Notes: generated from the sequence alone by a model not told the origin. A stretch of 64,000 nt of DNA from an uncultured Gemmatimonadaceae bacterium (GCA_964518955.1 CAZFHS010000008.1:1017-65016), one strand, 5' to 3'; shown: positions 47,650 to 56,640, numbered from the stretch's first letter. Numbers and translations are program-made.

Positions 47650-48340
47650 GGCCTAACCGTTCGTAGAGCGTTCGGAGGGCTTCATCGGTTCGTCCGTCAA
47701 CCACCCTCAGAGGTGTTTCGAGCAAGAAACTGCCGCGCTCGAGCGAAGCGTCCTCAATCCACTGCACGTTTAGCGGGCGGCCCGCAATCTCCAGCTGATC
47801 TAGTTTCCCGTGTAATACTTCCAGATCCGTGGGATTCAACCGTACTTCGAGCATCAAATCATGGGGAACCAGGTCGAGGGCGCGCTCGATCAGATCGCTG
47901 ACGATGGTCGGGTCTGCCTTCACCTCGCGCTGAATGAGCTGCCTGGCAACCGCCATAGCGAGTGCGTGAAGTCCACGTTCGAGATCTAGTCGAAAATCGG
48001 CGTGTGTTTGTTCGAGGGCTTCAGTCAAACCGCTCAGCGTTTCCAACGCCGGCAGCATCTTCTCGTAGCCCTCGGCGACCCCTTGCTCTCTGCCATCCGC
48101 GAAGCCGCTTTCGTAGCTCAGTTGAATTTCATCTGGCCCAACGGCGGTTTCCGGTTGCTCGAGTGTCGCCACCAGCTCGGGTTCTTGGCTAAATTCCCGG
48201 AGCTCGTGCGTCTCGTAAGAACACGAAGTTTCCTCTCTTTCACCGGCGATCTCCAAGAACGGAAGATCGGTGAGAGATGGGCTCTCCTGGGTCGGCCACA
48301 TCGGGCTGAACTCAGACGATGACATCGTCATCTCCGCCAC
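47642..48340 (-). CDS. fliH: Flagellar export protein FliH
   Basis: Position between fliG and fliI; C-terminal FliH pattern (RGSFLLETPLRVVDGRTDEALRTL). Confidence 0.75.
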   Translation of the reverse strand: MAEMTMSSSEFSPMWPTQESPSLTDLPFLEIAGEREETSCSYETHELREFSQEPELVATLEQPETAVGPDEIQLSYESGFADGREQGVAEGYEKMLPALETLSGLTEALEQTHADFRLDLERGLHALAMAVARQLIQREVKADPTIVSDLIERALDLVPHDLMLEVRLNPTDLEVLHGKLDQLEIAGRPLNVQWIEDASLERGSFLLETPLRVVDGRTDEALRTLYERLGHD

Positions 48341-49346
48341 GGCCCTGAATGATCACTTCACCTGCATCTTCCAGTCGCCGCACGGACTCGATGATCCGTG
48401 CATGAGCAGCTTCGACTTCGCGCGCTTTGACCGGGCCGAGGAATTCCATCTCCTCCTCGAGTGCCGATGCAGCCCGTTCGGACATGTTTTTCATTATGTG
48501 CTGCTTCATTTCATCGCTGGCTACCTTCAGAGCCAGTGCCAGCTCTTTGCCCTCTATCTCCCGTAGCAGGCGCTGCATGCTTCTATCGTCCAAGAGCAGC
48601 AGATCTTCGAACACGAACATGAGACGACGGATCTCGTCTGCTAGCTCAGCGTTGCGGCCTGCGATCTCCTCCATCAGTTTTGACTCGATTTCCTGATCTG
48701 CCTGATTCAATACCTTTGCAACAGCTGCCGGACCGCCGGTCAATGTCATCTCCTGAGACAACGACACATCGCCCTTTTGCGCTAAGCACGCCTCCACTGA
48801 ATCGAGCATCTCGGGAGAGACCTGCGTCATATTGGCTACTCGAAACAGCACATCTGCCGCCAACTCGGATTCCATCGATTCGATGACGGTGAGAGCCTGT
48901 TTCACATCAAGATGTGCCAATACGAGAGCCACCGTTTGCGGATGCTCGCCGCGCAACAGGTTTGAGAGGACCTCCGGCGCCGCACCCTTGAGCTGATTCA
49001 GACTGGATGCTTCGAGGTCGTCTTCAATCTTCTCAACAATGTTTTTGGCTTTGTTTTCACCAAAGGTGTGCTGAAGGACTTGTTTGGCGTATTCCACGCC
49101 ACCGCCAGCCACAGACTCGACCGAGCGTGATACATCACCGAACTCGCCCATAACAGACTCGACTACTTCCGGCGGCACTGCTTGGATCGATGCTATCTCC
49201 CTGGTTACCAGTTCCACCTCTGTTGGAGAAAGCGACTGCAGCACCTGAGCGGCCTGCTCGGCACCCAACGCCATACATAGGACGGCGGCCTTCCGCACGC
49301 CGTTCATTGACGGCGCGGCTTGGGTTTCTGTGGCTTGCTCAGGCAT
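48312..49346 (-). CDS. fliG: Flagellar rotor protein FliG
   Basis: Collinear with FliG (RKAAVLCMALG, MFVFEDLLLLDDRSMQRLLREI, MSERAASALEEEME). Start at the ATG at 49346 (TGATG overlap with fliF); the longer ORF reaches 49367. Confidence 0.92.
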   Translation of the reverse strand: MPEQATETQAAPSMNGVRKAAVLCMALGAEQAAQVLQSLSPTEVELVTREIASIQAVPPEVVESVMGEFGDVSRSVESVAGGGVEYAKQVLQHTFGENKAKNIVEKIEDDLEASSLNQLKGAAPEVLSNLLRGEHPQTVALVLAHLDVKQALTVIESMESELAADVLFRVANMTQVSPEMLDSVEACLAQKGDVSLSQEMTLTGGPAAVAKVLNQADQEIESKLMEEIAGRNAELADEIRRLMFVFEDLLLLDDRSMQRLLREIEGKELALALKVASDEMKQHIMKNMSERAASALEEEMEFLGPVKAREVEAAHARIIESVRRLEDAGEVIIQGRGGDDDVIV

Positions 49347-50854
49347 CAGGTTGTACCACCCAGCCACGCGCGGACTACCTGTGCGGCTAGTTCAGGACGT
49401 TCTGTGGCCTTGCTCAGGTGGTTTTGTAGTTGCGCAGCTGGCACGGCCTCCTCACCTCCCTGCAAATCCGGTTCGTCGCCGGCAGGCAGGTCGCCTTGTT
49501 GTCTTGCACCGGCAACTGCGGGTGGTAGCACTGGCGTCGTCTTGAGTACGCTCCAAGCGAGTGCGATTAGAGCTGCGATCGCGGCCAGGCCTAGTATCGG
49601 GCGACTTAGCCGCTGTATCATGTCGATGACGTCGAAAGATTCTTCGGGCGCGCCAGTCATACCGATAGCTGGCCCATCACCACCTGAGAGCGGCATGAAT
49701 GGGATCGCGGTCACAGTCAACCGATCGCCGCGCGCAGCATCGATACCGATGGCGTCCCGAACCATTGCTTCGACACTCGCGATGCGATTCGCAGTCCCGC
49801 CCTCAGCAAGTTCTCCCGATTCGAGAGCGTTCTCATCGACCAGTACCGCCACGGTCAGTCGTGTCAAACCGCCAACCGCGCCAACGATTCGCTCGAGCCT
49901 TCGAGAATTCTGGTATGAGTTGCTTATGATCTGCTGGGAGCCGGCTCCGGCGGCAGCCGTACCGGTACCAGTCTCGCTGCGCTGCTCCGTCTGGACTACC
50001 TGCCCATCAGGATCAAATGACTCAATCGTACGGTCTACCTGTTCGAAGTTGAGTTGTGCAGCGACCTGAACTCGTGCTCGTCCCAATCCAACTACGGTGG
50101 AGAGAAGGTTCTCTACCTTTGAAACCAGGTGCTCTTCAACACTTTGCTGTATGTCCAGTTGGCGCGACGTGAGGCCACTCACCGAGGCATTGGCCGCCGG
50201 TACAGATAGCACGTGCCCTGCATCGTCCAGGACGGCGACGTCGTCGCTGGTGAGCTGCTCAACACTGTTCGCAACGATGTAGGTGATCCCGCGAACGGTC
50301 TCTGGATTGAGTGAGGATCCCTGGGCGAGTTGAACTACGACCGAAGCTCCAACCTGTTGTTCCTGACTCCTGAAAGAGGTCGTTTTCGGAAGAACCAAGT
50401 GAACCTGTGCGCGCTGGACACCCCTCAATCCGCCAATAGTTCTGGCGAGTTCACCCTCCAGCGCCCGTTGGTAGGTCACTCGCTGCGTGAAGTCGGTCAT
50501 GCCCCAGGAAGGCTGATCGAACAACTCCAGGCCTGGTCGGCCACCCACCGAGAGCCCGTCTCGGGCAAGCGTTACCCTCGCTCGCGCAAGCTGCTCGGAC
50601 GGCACAAGGACTCCCGATCCGCCACTAGCCAAACGGTAGCTGATGTCGGACTGAGAGAGATGTTCGGTGATCGTCCCGACCTCTCCGAGTTCGAGGCCTT
50701 CATAGAGAGGCACGTAGTCCGGTTCGCTGGCCCAACTGCCCACCATCCATATGCCCACCAGCGCAACAGCCGCCACCCCAAGTACCACGAATCGCTTTGT
50801 GGCCGGCATCTTACGGACTGCATCGAGCGGATTAGCTACAAACTGTTCGCTCAT
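49346..50854 (-). CDS. fliF: Flagellar MS-ring protein FliF
   Basis: N-terminal TM; LARARVTLARDGL, YQRALEGELARTI; C-terminal TM plus FliG-binding tail. Confidence 0.9.
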   Translation of the reverse strand: MSEQFVANPLDAVRKMPATKRFVVLGVAAVALVGIWMVGSWASEPDYVPLYEGLELGEVGTITEHLSQSDISYRLASGGSGVLVPSEQLARARVTLARDGLSVGGRPGLELFDQPSWGMTDFTQRVTYQRALEGELARTIGGLRGVQRAQVHLVLPKTTSFRSQEQQVGASVVVQLAQGSSLNPETVRGITYIVANSVEQLTSDDVAVLDDAGHVLSVPAANASVSGLTSRQLDIQQSVEEHLVSKVENLLSTVVGLGRARVQVAAQLNFEQVDRTIESFDPDGQVVQTEQRSETGTGTAAAGAGSQQIISNSYQNSRRLERIVGAVGGLTRLTVAVLVDENALESGELAEGGTANRIASVEAMVRDAIGIDAARGDRLTVTAIPFMPLSGGDGPAIGMTGAPEESFDVIDMIQRLSRPILGLAAIAALIALAWSVLKTTPVLPPAVAGARQQGDLPAGDEPDLQGGEEAVPAAQLQNHLSKATERPELAAQVVRAWLGGTT

Positions 50855-50868
50855 AGTTCACACACCAC

Positions 50869-51177
50869 CTAGGCCTGCATGTTCATCACCGCACGATATG
50901 CGTCGGTGAGCTTATTCCTGATCTCGACCAGGAATTCGAGTGAGATTGCTGCCTCTTCGGCGGCTGCCATAACCTGGTGCAACTCGACCGGCTCACCGCG
51001 TACGAACGCTTCGATGAGACTACGAGAATCGGTCTGGAGTTGGCTGGCGTCGTTGAGGACCCTCGTGAACACTTCGCTGAACGAGGGCGATTCGGTTCCG
51101 AGTTCCAGTTGAATTCCCCGCCCTTGCTCGAGCGGACTGACCACTGGCGGCAACTGAGGACGAACAGGGATGGTCAT
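50869..51177 (-). CDS. fliE: Flagellar hook-basal body protein FliE
   Basis: ELHQVMAAAEEAAISLEFLVEIRNKLTDAYRAVMNMQ is typical of FliE. Confidence 0.85.
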   Translation of the reverse strand: MTIPVRPQLPPVVSPLEQGRGIQLELGTESPSFSEVFTRVLNDASQLQTDSRSLIEAFVRGEPVELHQVMAAAEEAAISLEFLVEIRNKLTDAYRAVMNMQA

Positions 51178-51180
51178 TGA

Positions 51181-51447
51181 TTACACCCTCACGTCGAGAC
51201 GCTGCCCTTTGGGCGGTTCAAGGTGTTCGGCTCTCGCGCCCTTGGGGCCGTAGGTGAGCGCACCTAGTTCAGCTTGCTGCGCAAAGAAGGTCCGTTCCTC
51301 CTCCGTCAGGACGCCCCAGAGAGATTGCTCGCCTGCACTTTCGCTGGCACCGGCGGCTGAAGCAGCCGGCTTATTCGCGACCGGTGCTTCGACACCGGTT
51401 GTTGGCGCCTTAGGCAGAGGTGGGAGAGTTGGACCATAAACAACCAT
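51181..51447 (-). CDS. Hypothetical 88-aa protein inserted between flgC and fliE
   Basis: Own GGAGG RBS 9 nt upstream; the stop lies 3 nt before the fliE ATG. Pro/Ala-rich N-terminus, then LTEEERTFFAQQAELGALTYGPKG. No family recognised. Confidence 0.45.
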   Translation of the reverse strand: MVVYGPTLPPLPKAPTTGVEAPVANKPAASAAGASESAGEQSLWGVLTEEERTFFAQQAELGALTYGPKGARAEHLEPPKGQRLDVRV

Positions 51448-51467
51448 TTCAGAAAGCCTCCATTACT

Positions 51468-51893
51468 TCATATCTCGAGAGCCGTGCGCAGCATGCTCTT
51501 GGCGGCCTGAAAAACACTGGCGTTGGCCTCGTGCATACGCCGCGCTACCATCAGGTCTACGAGTTCAGTGTTGACGTCCACATTTGGATATTCCACGTAT
51601 CCATCTTCATTCGCATCCGGGTGGCCGGGGTCGTAAACCATCTGCCCTGCACTCGGGTCCTCGACGATACGTGTCACCATTTGACCGGTAACCGGGTCAG
51701 GTTCGTTCACGGCGATCTGCCGCCGATAGGGCGTCCCGTCTGGAGTGCGTGTCGTTTCGGCGTTAGCAATGTTTCGCGCAATCGCTTCGAGGAACCGCTG
51801 CTGAGTGGCCATCCCAGCCGCACTCGTACCCAACGGTCGCATCAGCGATCGGACTGGCCGCGGCCAGACTGGAAAACCATTGATGTTAGGCAT
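51468..51893 (-). CDS. flgC: Flagellar proximal rod protein FlgC
   Basis: RFLEAIARNIANAETTRTPDGTPYRR and the C-terminus VEYPNVDVNTELVDLMVARRMHEANASV. Start ATG at 51893 is approximate. Confidence 0.85.
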   Translation of the reverse strand: MPNINGFPVWPRPVRSLMRPLGTSAAGMATQQRFLEAIARNIANAETTRTPDGTPYRRQIAVNEPDPVTGQMVTRIVEDPSAGQMVYDPGHPDANEDGYVEYPNVDVNTELVDLMVARRMHEANASVFQAAKSMLRTALEI

Positions 51894-52176
51894 CGCGCAT
51901 TGCCGTCCGGAGTTGCGTATAGGCGATCTGCAGGAGCTTGGCTTCAGCTTCATAGCGAATCTGAGTATCCGCGAGCGCCGCCATCTCAGTCTGCAAATCG
52001 ATCTCTTCCGGGGCTCCTTGCGCCGCCGCCAGTTGTTCCGCGAACCCTCCCTGGGTGCTCGCGATTGAGGCGCCTGCTACCCGTGAAGAGATTTCACGAT
52101 GGGTGGCGCTGGTCTCTTCCAGCGCACCTCGCAGCATGTACGTTGTCGTATCCGATCCAAACAGTCCCCGCAGCAT
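51886..52176 (-). CDS. flgB: FlgB-like proximal rod protein (short, divergent N-terminus)
   Basis: Sits immediately upstream of flgC. The C-terminus EIDLQTEMAALADTQIRYEAEAKLLQIAYTQLRTAM fits FlgB, but the protein is only 96 aa and lacks the NxANxxTPGY N-terminal rod motif. Confidence 0.6.
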   Translation of the reverse strand: MLRGLFGSDTTTYMLRGALEETSATHREISSRVAGASIASTQGGFAEQLAAAQGAPEEIDLQTEMAALADTQIRYEAEAKLLQIAYTQLRTAMRDA

Positions 52177-52216
52177 TACGACCTCCGAGATTGCGGTTCG
52201 TAACGGCGGTCCTAGG

Positions 52217-52231
52217 GCAATCCCCGTACCG
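52217..52231 (-). promoter_or_regulatory. Sigma54 -24/-12 promoter for the flgB-flgE operon
   Basis: Reverse strand reads CGGTACGGGGATTGC. 41 nt upstream of the flgB ATG. An AT-rich patch (52277-52290) lies further upstream. Confidence 0.6.
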
Positions 52232-52411
52232 CTTGGTTTCTATCCATTTTCCATCACGTTAGTCCGAGCCCTAACCATATGACATATAATGACTTGGCCG
52301 CGTTCGACAGGCCTGCTTCAACGATCGGAAAACCATTTTTCGGGGGAAAACAATGAGCCCGCGATCGGAAGAAAGTTCCGGCCGCGGGCGGGAGATCCTT
52401 GCCGCTTTTAC

Positions 52412-53803
52412 CTAATTGTCGCGGCTCTTCGAAGGGTTGTTGAGCTTGTTGCGGAGGGTCCTCTCACTAATGCCGAGAAGCTGAGCTGCCTTTCGGCGAT
52501 GGCCTTCTGTCGTATTCAAGGCGCGTTCGATTGCGAGTTCTTCTAGTTTGCCCAGATTGTGTGGCAGCGTTTCGGCTTGGGGTGTAGCCTGGGTACCCCC
52601 GTTGAGCTCTTCGTGGCCCGGCCCACCCTGTGAGTTCACCGCTTTTCGCACCCGCTCGAAGTGCTCCATTTTTGGCTTGCCACCCGAAAGAATGACGGCA
52701 CGTTCTACCACATTGGCGAGTTCTCTCACGTTGCCCGGCCAGTCGTATTCCTGGAGGACCAACATCGTTTTTTCTTCAATCGGCTCAGCAGGCACATCCA
52801 GCTCGGAGGCTACACGCATCTGAAAATGCCGCACTAATAAAGGAATGTCTCCTCTTCTCTCCCTGAGCGGTGGAGTATGTATCGGAACCACACTCAGTCG
52901 GAAGAAAAGGTCGTTTCGAAACCGGCCGGCCTCTACTTCTTCCTCTAGATTGCGATTTGTAGTTGCTACAATTCGAATGTCGACCCGGATCGGTTGGGTG
53001 CCTCCTACCCGTTCGAACTCCTGTTCTTGGATCACTCTCAATAGCTTCGACTGCAGGTCGAGCCGCATCTCGGAGATCTCATCCAACAACAACGTTCCCC
53101 GATTTGCTCGCTCGAATGCGCCAAGAGATCTGGAAGATGCCCCGGCAAAAGCGCCTTTCTCATGGCCAAAAAGCGCGCTTTCGACCAAACCCTCAGGCAT
53201 TGCTGCGCAATTGAGGGTAACGAATGGATTCTCGGCGCGTGGGCTTTGCTCATGTATCGCACGCGCCAGCAGTTCCTTGCCGGTACCGGATTCGCCCTCG
53301 AGCAGAACAGTCGCCTTTGTCGGAGCAACCTGCGCAACCATATCCAGCACCCCCTCGAGCGCTGAGCTCTCACCGACAATTGCCCGCCTACCCTTGAGAG
53401 AACTCAATTCCCGCCGGAAAGAGCTGTTCTCTTTGCGAAGGCGTGTTAGCTCAATGGCTTGGTTCACTGCTATGCGAAGCGTCTCGGTCTGGACGGGTTT
53501 GGTCAGATAGTCGATCGCGCCACTGCGCATGAGCTCGACCGCGTTTTCGATGCTCCCGTATCCGGTCATGATGATGACCGGGATTTCGTGCCCAGCCTCT
53601 TCGAGCTGCTTGATCAGGTCCATGCCACTGGCATTGGGCATACTGTAGTCGGATATGACCAGGTCGCATGGCGCGTGGTTGACCTTATCCATTGCTTCTG
53701 CGACGCTATTGGCGATCACTGCCTCGTGCCCGAGGCTGACGAGCGCATTTTCGAGGACTACGCTGACTGGTGCTTCGTCGTCTACACATAGCACGGTTGC
53801 CAT
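52412..53803 (-). CDS. Sigma54-dependent response regulator (REC - AAA+ - Fis-type HTH; FlrC/FleR/FlbD-like)
   Basis: REC with intact D/T/K, Walker A GESGTGKE, L1 loop GAFAGA (variant of GAFTGA), ESALFGHEKG. C-terminal HTH (KAAQLLGISERTLRNKL). Confidence 0.9.
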   Translation of the reverse strand: MATVLCVDDEAPVSVVLENALVSLGHEAVIANSVAEAMDKVNHAPCDLVISDYSMPNASGMDLIKQLEEAGHEIPVIIMTGYGSIENAVELMRSGAIDYLTKPVQTETLRIAVNQAIELTRLRKENSSFRRELSSLKGRRAIVGESSALEGVLDMVAQVAPTKATVLLEGESGTGKELLARAIHEQSPRAENPFVTLNCAAMPEGLVESALFGHEKGAFAGASSRSLGAFERANRGTLLLDEISEMRLDLQSKLLRVIQEQEFERVGGTQPIRVDIRIVATTNRNLEEEVEAGRFRNDLFFRLSVVPIHTPPLRERRGDIPLLVRHFQMRVASELDVPAEPIEEKTMLVLQEYDWPGNVRELANVVERAVILSGGKPKMEHFERVRKAVNSQGGPGHEELNGGTQATPQAETLPHNLGKLEELAIERALNTTEGHRRKAAQLLGISERTLRNKLNNPSKSRDN

Positions 53804-53822
53804 CTATTTGCAGCTCCACGTG

Positions 53823-53837
53823 TGGCTTAAGAATTGC
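53823..53837 (+). promoter_or_regulatory. Sigma54 -24/-12 box upstream of flgL
   Basis: TGGCTTAAGAATTGC, 54 nt upstream of the flgL ATG. A weaker sigma28-like TTAA-N15-TACCGATG overlaps it (53827-53853), so the promoter class is ambiguous. Confidence 0.45.
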
Positions 53838-53890
53838 GTCAAACCTACCGATGCTAGACAGAAGCGGCAACTCCTACCGGTGGTGTAGAT

Positions 53891-54754
53891 ATGAGAATTA
53901 CGAGTCAGTCACATTTGTTACACACTCTTCAGTACCTGCGCACGAGCCAGAAAGCGCTTGCTGATGCCGAGCTCGAAGCTGTTACTGGCAAACGAGTTCG
54001 GACGATTTCCGACGATCCAGTTTCCGCCGGCGCAATAATGCGCATCGATCAGAAACTGAGAGCAACGGAGCAGTTCAGACGTAATGCCGCGTCGGTTCGC
54101 ACACGTCTCGCCGTGGAGGAGGAGGTTTCAACCGCTCTCCGCGACCTTGTGGACCAGGGCAGAGGCGTGGCCATGAGCGGGCATTCAAACTCCCCAACAG
54201 ATCCAGTGCGTTTGGCCGCACTGGACCATGTTCGCAACCTCATCGATCAAGCCATTGCACTGGGCAACTCGCAGGTGGGTAGCGACTACATTTTCGGCGG
54301 CAGTGAGACCGACACGGCACCGTTCCTTGCCGACGGCACGTACGTGGGCGATTCGAATTCCCGGCAGGTCGAGATCCAACAGGGGCTCCGGATAGACACG
54401 AATCACACCGGCGATCAACTGTTTGAGAGTTCGATACAAGCACTTCAAGACCTCGCCACCGAACTCGAGTTCGGTACAGGAGCATCAATACAGGCCACCT
54501 CAGGCGATCTCGGGGCAGCACGGATTGATGTGTTGAACAGCCAGGCTGCGCTTGGATTGCGGCAGCAGGAGATCGATTGGGCCGACCGCCACTTGGCGCA
54601 GCAGACGCACTCTATGCTTCAAACGCGCGACGACATGGCTCAGGCCGATCCGGAAGAGTCGATCGTGCGGTTCTTAGCGGCTCAGACGGCACTCGAACAG
54701 GCTCGTGAAGTCATTGCGCGAATCATGCAGACGAGTCTGATGGACCATCTTTAG
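53891..54754 (+). CDS. flgL: Flagellar hook-associated protein 3 FlgL
   Basis: MRITSQ ... GKRVRTISDDPVSAG N-terminus and a flagellin-like C-terminus. Confidence 0.8.
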   Translation: MRITSQSHLLHTLQYLRTSQKALADAELEAVTGKRVRTISDDPVSAGAIMRIDQKLRATEQFRRNAASVRTRLAVEEEVSTALRDLVDQGRGVAMSGHSNSPTDPVRLAALDHVRNLIDQAIALGNSQVGSDYIFGGSETDTAPFLADGTYVGDSNSRQVEIQQGLRIDTNHTGDQLFESSIQALQDLATELEFGTGASIQATSGDLGAARIDVLNSQAALGLRQQEIDWADRHLAQQTHSMLQTRDDMAQADPEESIVRFLAAQTALEQAREVIARIMQTSLMDHL

Positions 54755-54829
54755 GATTTGACATTAAGGATCCTCCTAATTGTGTCCTCAGTTACAGCAA
54801 AACTGGGAATTCCCATCCGAAATTAAGCC

Positions 54830-54856
54830 TCAAGTTCCCCGCAAGGTTGCCGATAA
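54830..54856 (+). promoter_or_regulatory. Sigma28-type promoter for flagellin
   Basis: TCAAGTTC-N11-GCCGATAA, about 70 nt upstream of the fliC ATG. Confidence 0.7.
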
Positions 54857-54927
54857 AGTGAAGTGTCGGCAGGAAATCCGGTACTTGGCAGAAGCCAGAC
54901 AACCACAACCCTAGAAGGGGAAAAACC

Positions 54928-55725
54928 ATGGCTATCAGTGACATCACCCTGGGCGCGGGCATGCGCCAGAACCTGAACAGTCTGCAGCTCACTTCCGCTC
55001 TGATGGGACGGACGAGCACGAGACTGGCAACAGGGCTCAAGGTGAACAGCGCAGTAGACGATCCGACCGCGTTCTTTGCGGCACAAGCGCACAGAGCTCG
55101 CGCCAGCGATTTGGCTGGGCTCAAAGACGGCATGAACGAGGCTGTCCAGACCGTTCAGGCCGCAAACGAAGGCATCGAGGCCATTACGGAGTTGATCGAG
55201 TCGATCAAAGGTCTAGCCTCGGCTGCTCGTTCAGCATCCGATCTGACTGATCTCGAGGCACAGCTGACGGAGACACTGGCTCAGATCGACGCAATCGCTG
55301 GCGACTCCGGCTACAAGGGCACTAACCTGCTCGGCAGCGATACGTTGACGGTCACATTCAACGAGGACGCATCATCGACCCTCGACATCGTTGGTTTTGA
55401 CGGCACCAACGCCGGCGCCGACCTAGCCATCACCGTTGCCGACTTCTCGGACGTTGACGCGGTAGTGACCGAGATGGATGCCGCCCTCGACACCCTGAGG
55501 AGCAAATCGAGCGTCCTGTCCTCCAACCTGAACGTTGTCAACTCTCGCATGGAGTTCACGACCGGTATGATCACCACCTTGCAGGTCGGTGCTGATAAGC
55601 TCACCGTCGCGGACGAGAACGAGGAGAGCGCCAACATGCTCGCGTTGCAGACCAGGCAGCAAATCAGCATTGCGACAATGGGCATGTCGTCTCAGGCGTC
55701 GCAGAGCATCCTGAGGCTCTTTTAG
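54928..55725 (+). CDS. fliC: Flagellin (short, 265 aa)
   Basis: Flagellin N-domain (RLATGLKVNSAVDDPTAFFAAQ) and C-domain (ESANMLALQTRQQISIATMGMSSQASQSILRLF). Almost no variable middle domain. Confidence 0.92.
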   Translation: MAISDITLGAGMRQNLNSLQLTSALMGRTSTRLATGLKVNSAVDDPTAFFAAQAHRARASDLAGLKDGMNEAVQTVQAANEGIEAITELIESIKGLASAARSASDLTDLEAQLTETLAQIDAIAGDSGYKGTNLLGSDTLTVTFNEDASSTLDIVGFDGTNAGADLAITVADFSDVDAVVTEMDAALDTLRSKSSVLSSNLNVVNSRMEFTTGMITTLQVGADKLTVADENEESANMLALQTRQQISIATMGMSSQASQSILRLF

Positions 55726-55747
55726 CCGAAGATCTAACTACGGATTA

Positions 55748-55773
55748 GGGTGGAGGCCTAACGGCCTCCGCCC
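55748..55773 (+). terminator. Stem-loop downstream of flagellin
   Basis: GGGTGGAGGCC-TAAC-GGCCTCCGCCC (11-bp stem with one G-U pair). No clear U-tract. Confidence 0.45.
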
Positions 55774-55806
55774 GTTCACCCTAAACCACCGCGAGTGAGG
55801 TAGCAG

Positions 55807-56205
55807 ATGCCGTTGAGACTGACACTCAAGTCGCAAGAGCGAGTAATTATCGGCGGAGCGGTGGTTAAAAATGGTGACTCTCGAACCGAACTGCACGTTG
55901 AGAACAAAGTACCGATCCTGAGAGAAACCGACATTCTGAGTCCCAAATTGGTGAAGACTCCGTGCGAACAGATCTACCTGGCGGTGCAGCTCATGTATGT
56001 CGATGGTGACAACATTGAGCAGCACCGCCGGCTCTACAACAATCTGGTCGATGACGTACTAATCGCAGCACCCAGCACAACACCGCTGGTCGGCGCAATG
56101 CACAGCGAGGTTATCGCCGGTCGCCACTACCAGGCGCTGAAGAGCGCCAAAGCACTCATGGAATACGAGAAGGAGCTACTGTACTGTGGGACCGAGAGCA
56201 CTTGA
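55807..56205 (+). CDS. flbT: Flagellin synthesis repressor FlbT
   Basis: MPLRLTLKSQERVIIGGAVVKNGDSRTELHVENKVPILRETDIL matches the FlbT N-terminal signature. Confidence 0.8.
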   Translation: MPLRLTLKSQERVIIGGAVVKNGDSRTELHVENKVPILRETDILSPKLVKTPCEQIYLAVQLMYVDGDNIEQHRRLYNNLVDDVLIAAPSTTPLVGAMHSEVIAGRHYQALKSAKALMEYEKELLYCGTEST

Positions 56206-56584
56206 CGCGTACGAAGCGGCGGGAAAGGCCGCCAGTTCTAATCGCGAGCTAGAGGCGGCTGCGCTTTTCAAAGCGGCGCGAAAGCTCGAGGCAGTACGCC
56301 GTGAGTGGGACTCGCCTGACCGCGGGGAAAGCCTCCAGGCCGCGCTACGTGACAATCAGCACCTCTGGACATTCTTTCAGTCTGAGCTCTCCGTGCCTGA
56401 TCACGAGATGCTGACCGACGTGCGAGTAAACCTGCTCCGCCTGAGCAGTTTCGTGGATCGGCGCACCTTCGAGATCATGTCGGCAAAAGAGCCCGATCCG
56501 GACCAGCTACAAGTACTGATCGACATCAATCGGAATATCGCCGCAGGTCTGAGCGAGAAACCAAGCGGCTCGATTGCCGGCTAG
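56186..56584 (+). CDS. flaF: Flagellin synthesis regulator FlaF
   Basis: AYEAAGKAASSNRELEAAALFKAARKLE ... LRDNQHLWTFFQSEL ... VNLLRLSSFVDRRT fits FlaF. GTG start preceded by AGGAG; 20-nt overlap with flbT. Confidence 0.8.
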   Translation: MGPRALDAYEAAGKAASSNRELEAAALFKAARKLEAVRREWDSPDRGESLQAALRDNQHLWTFFQSELSVPDHEMLTDVRVNLLRLSSFVDRRTFEIMSAKEPDPDQLQVLIDINRNIAAGLSEKPSGSIAG

Positions 56585-56640
56585 TGCCGTAGCGAATTGA
56601 CACGAATTCCTGGTCCAGAGTTGACACAATCACGGAAACC

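Noticed and set aside
53827-53853. Sigma28-like TTAA-N15-TACCGATG upstream of flgL.
   Set aside because: It is weaker than the other sigma28 boxes in both halves and overlaps a better sigma54 box. I cannot decide between the two classes from sequence alone, so it is noted only as ambiguity.
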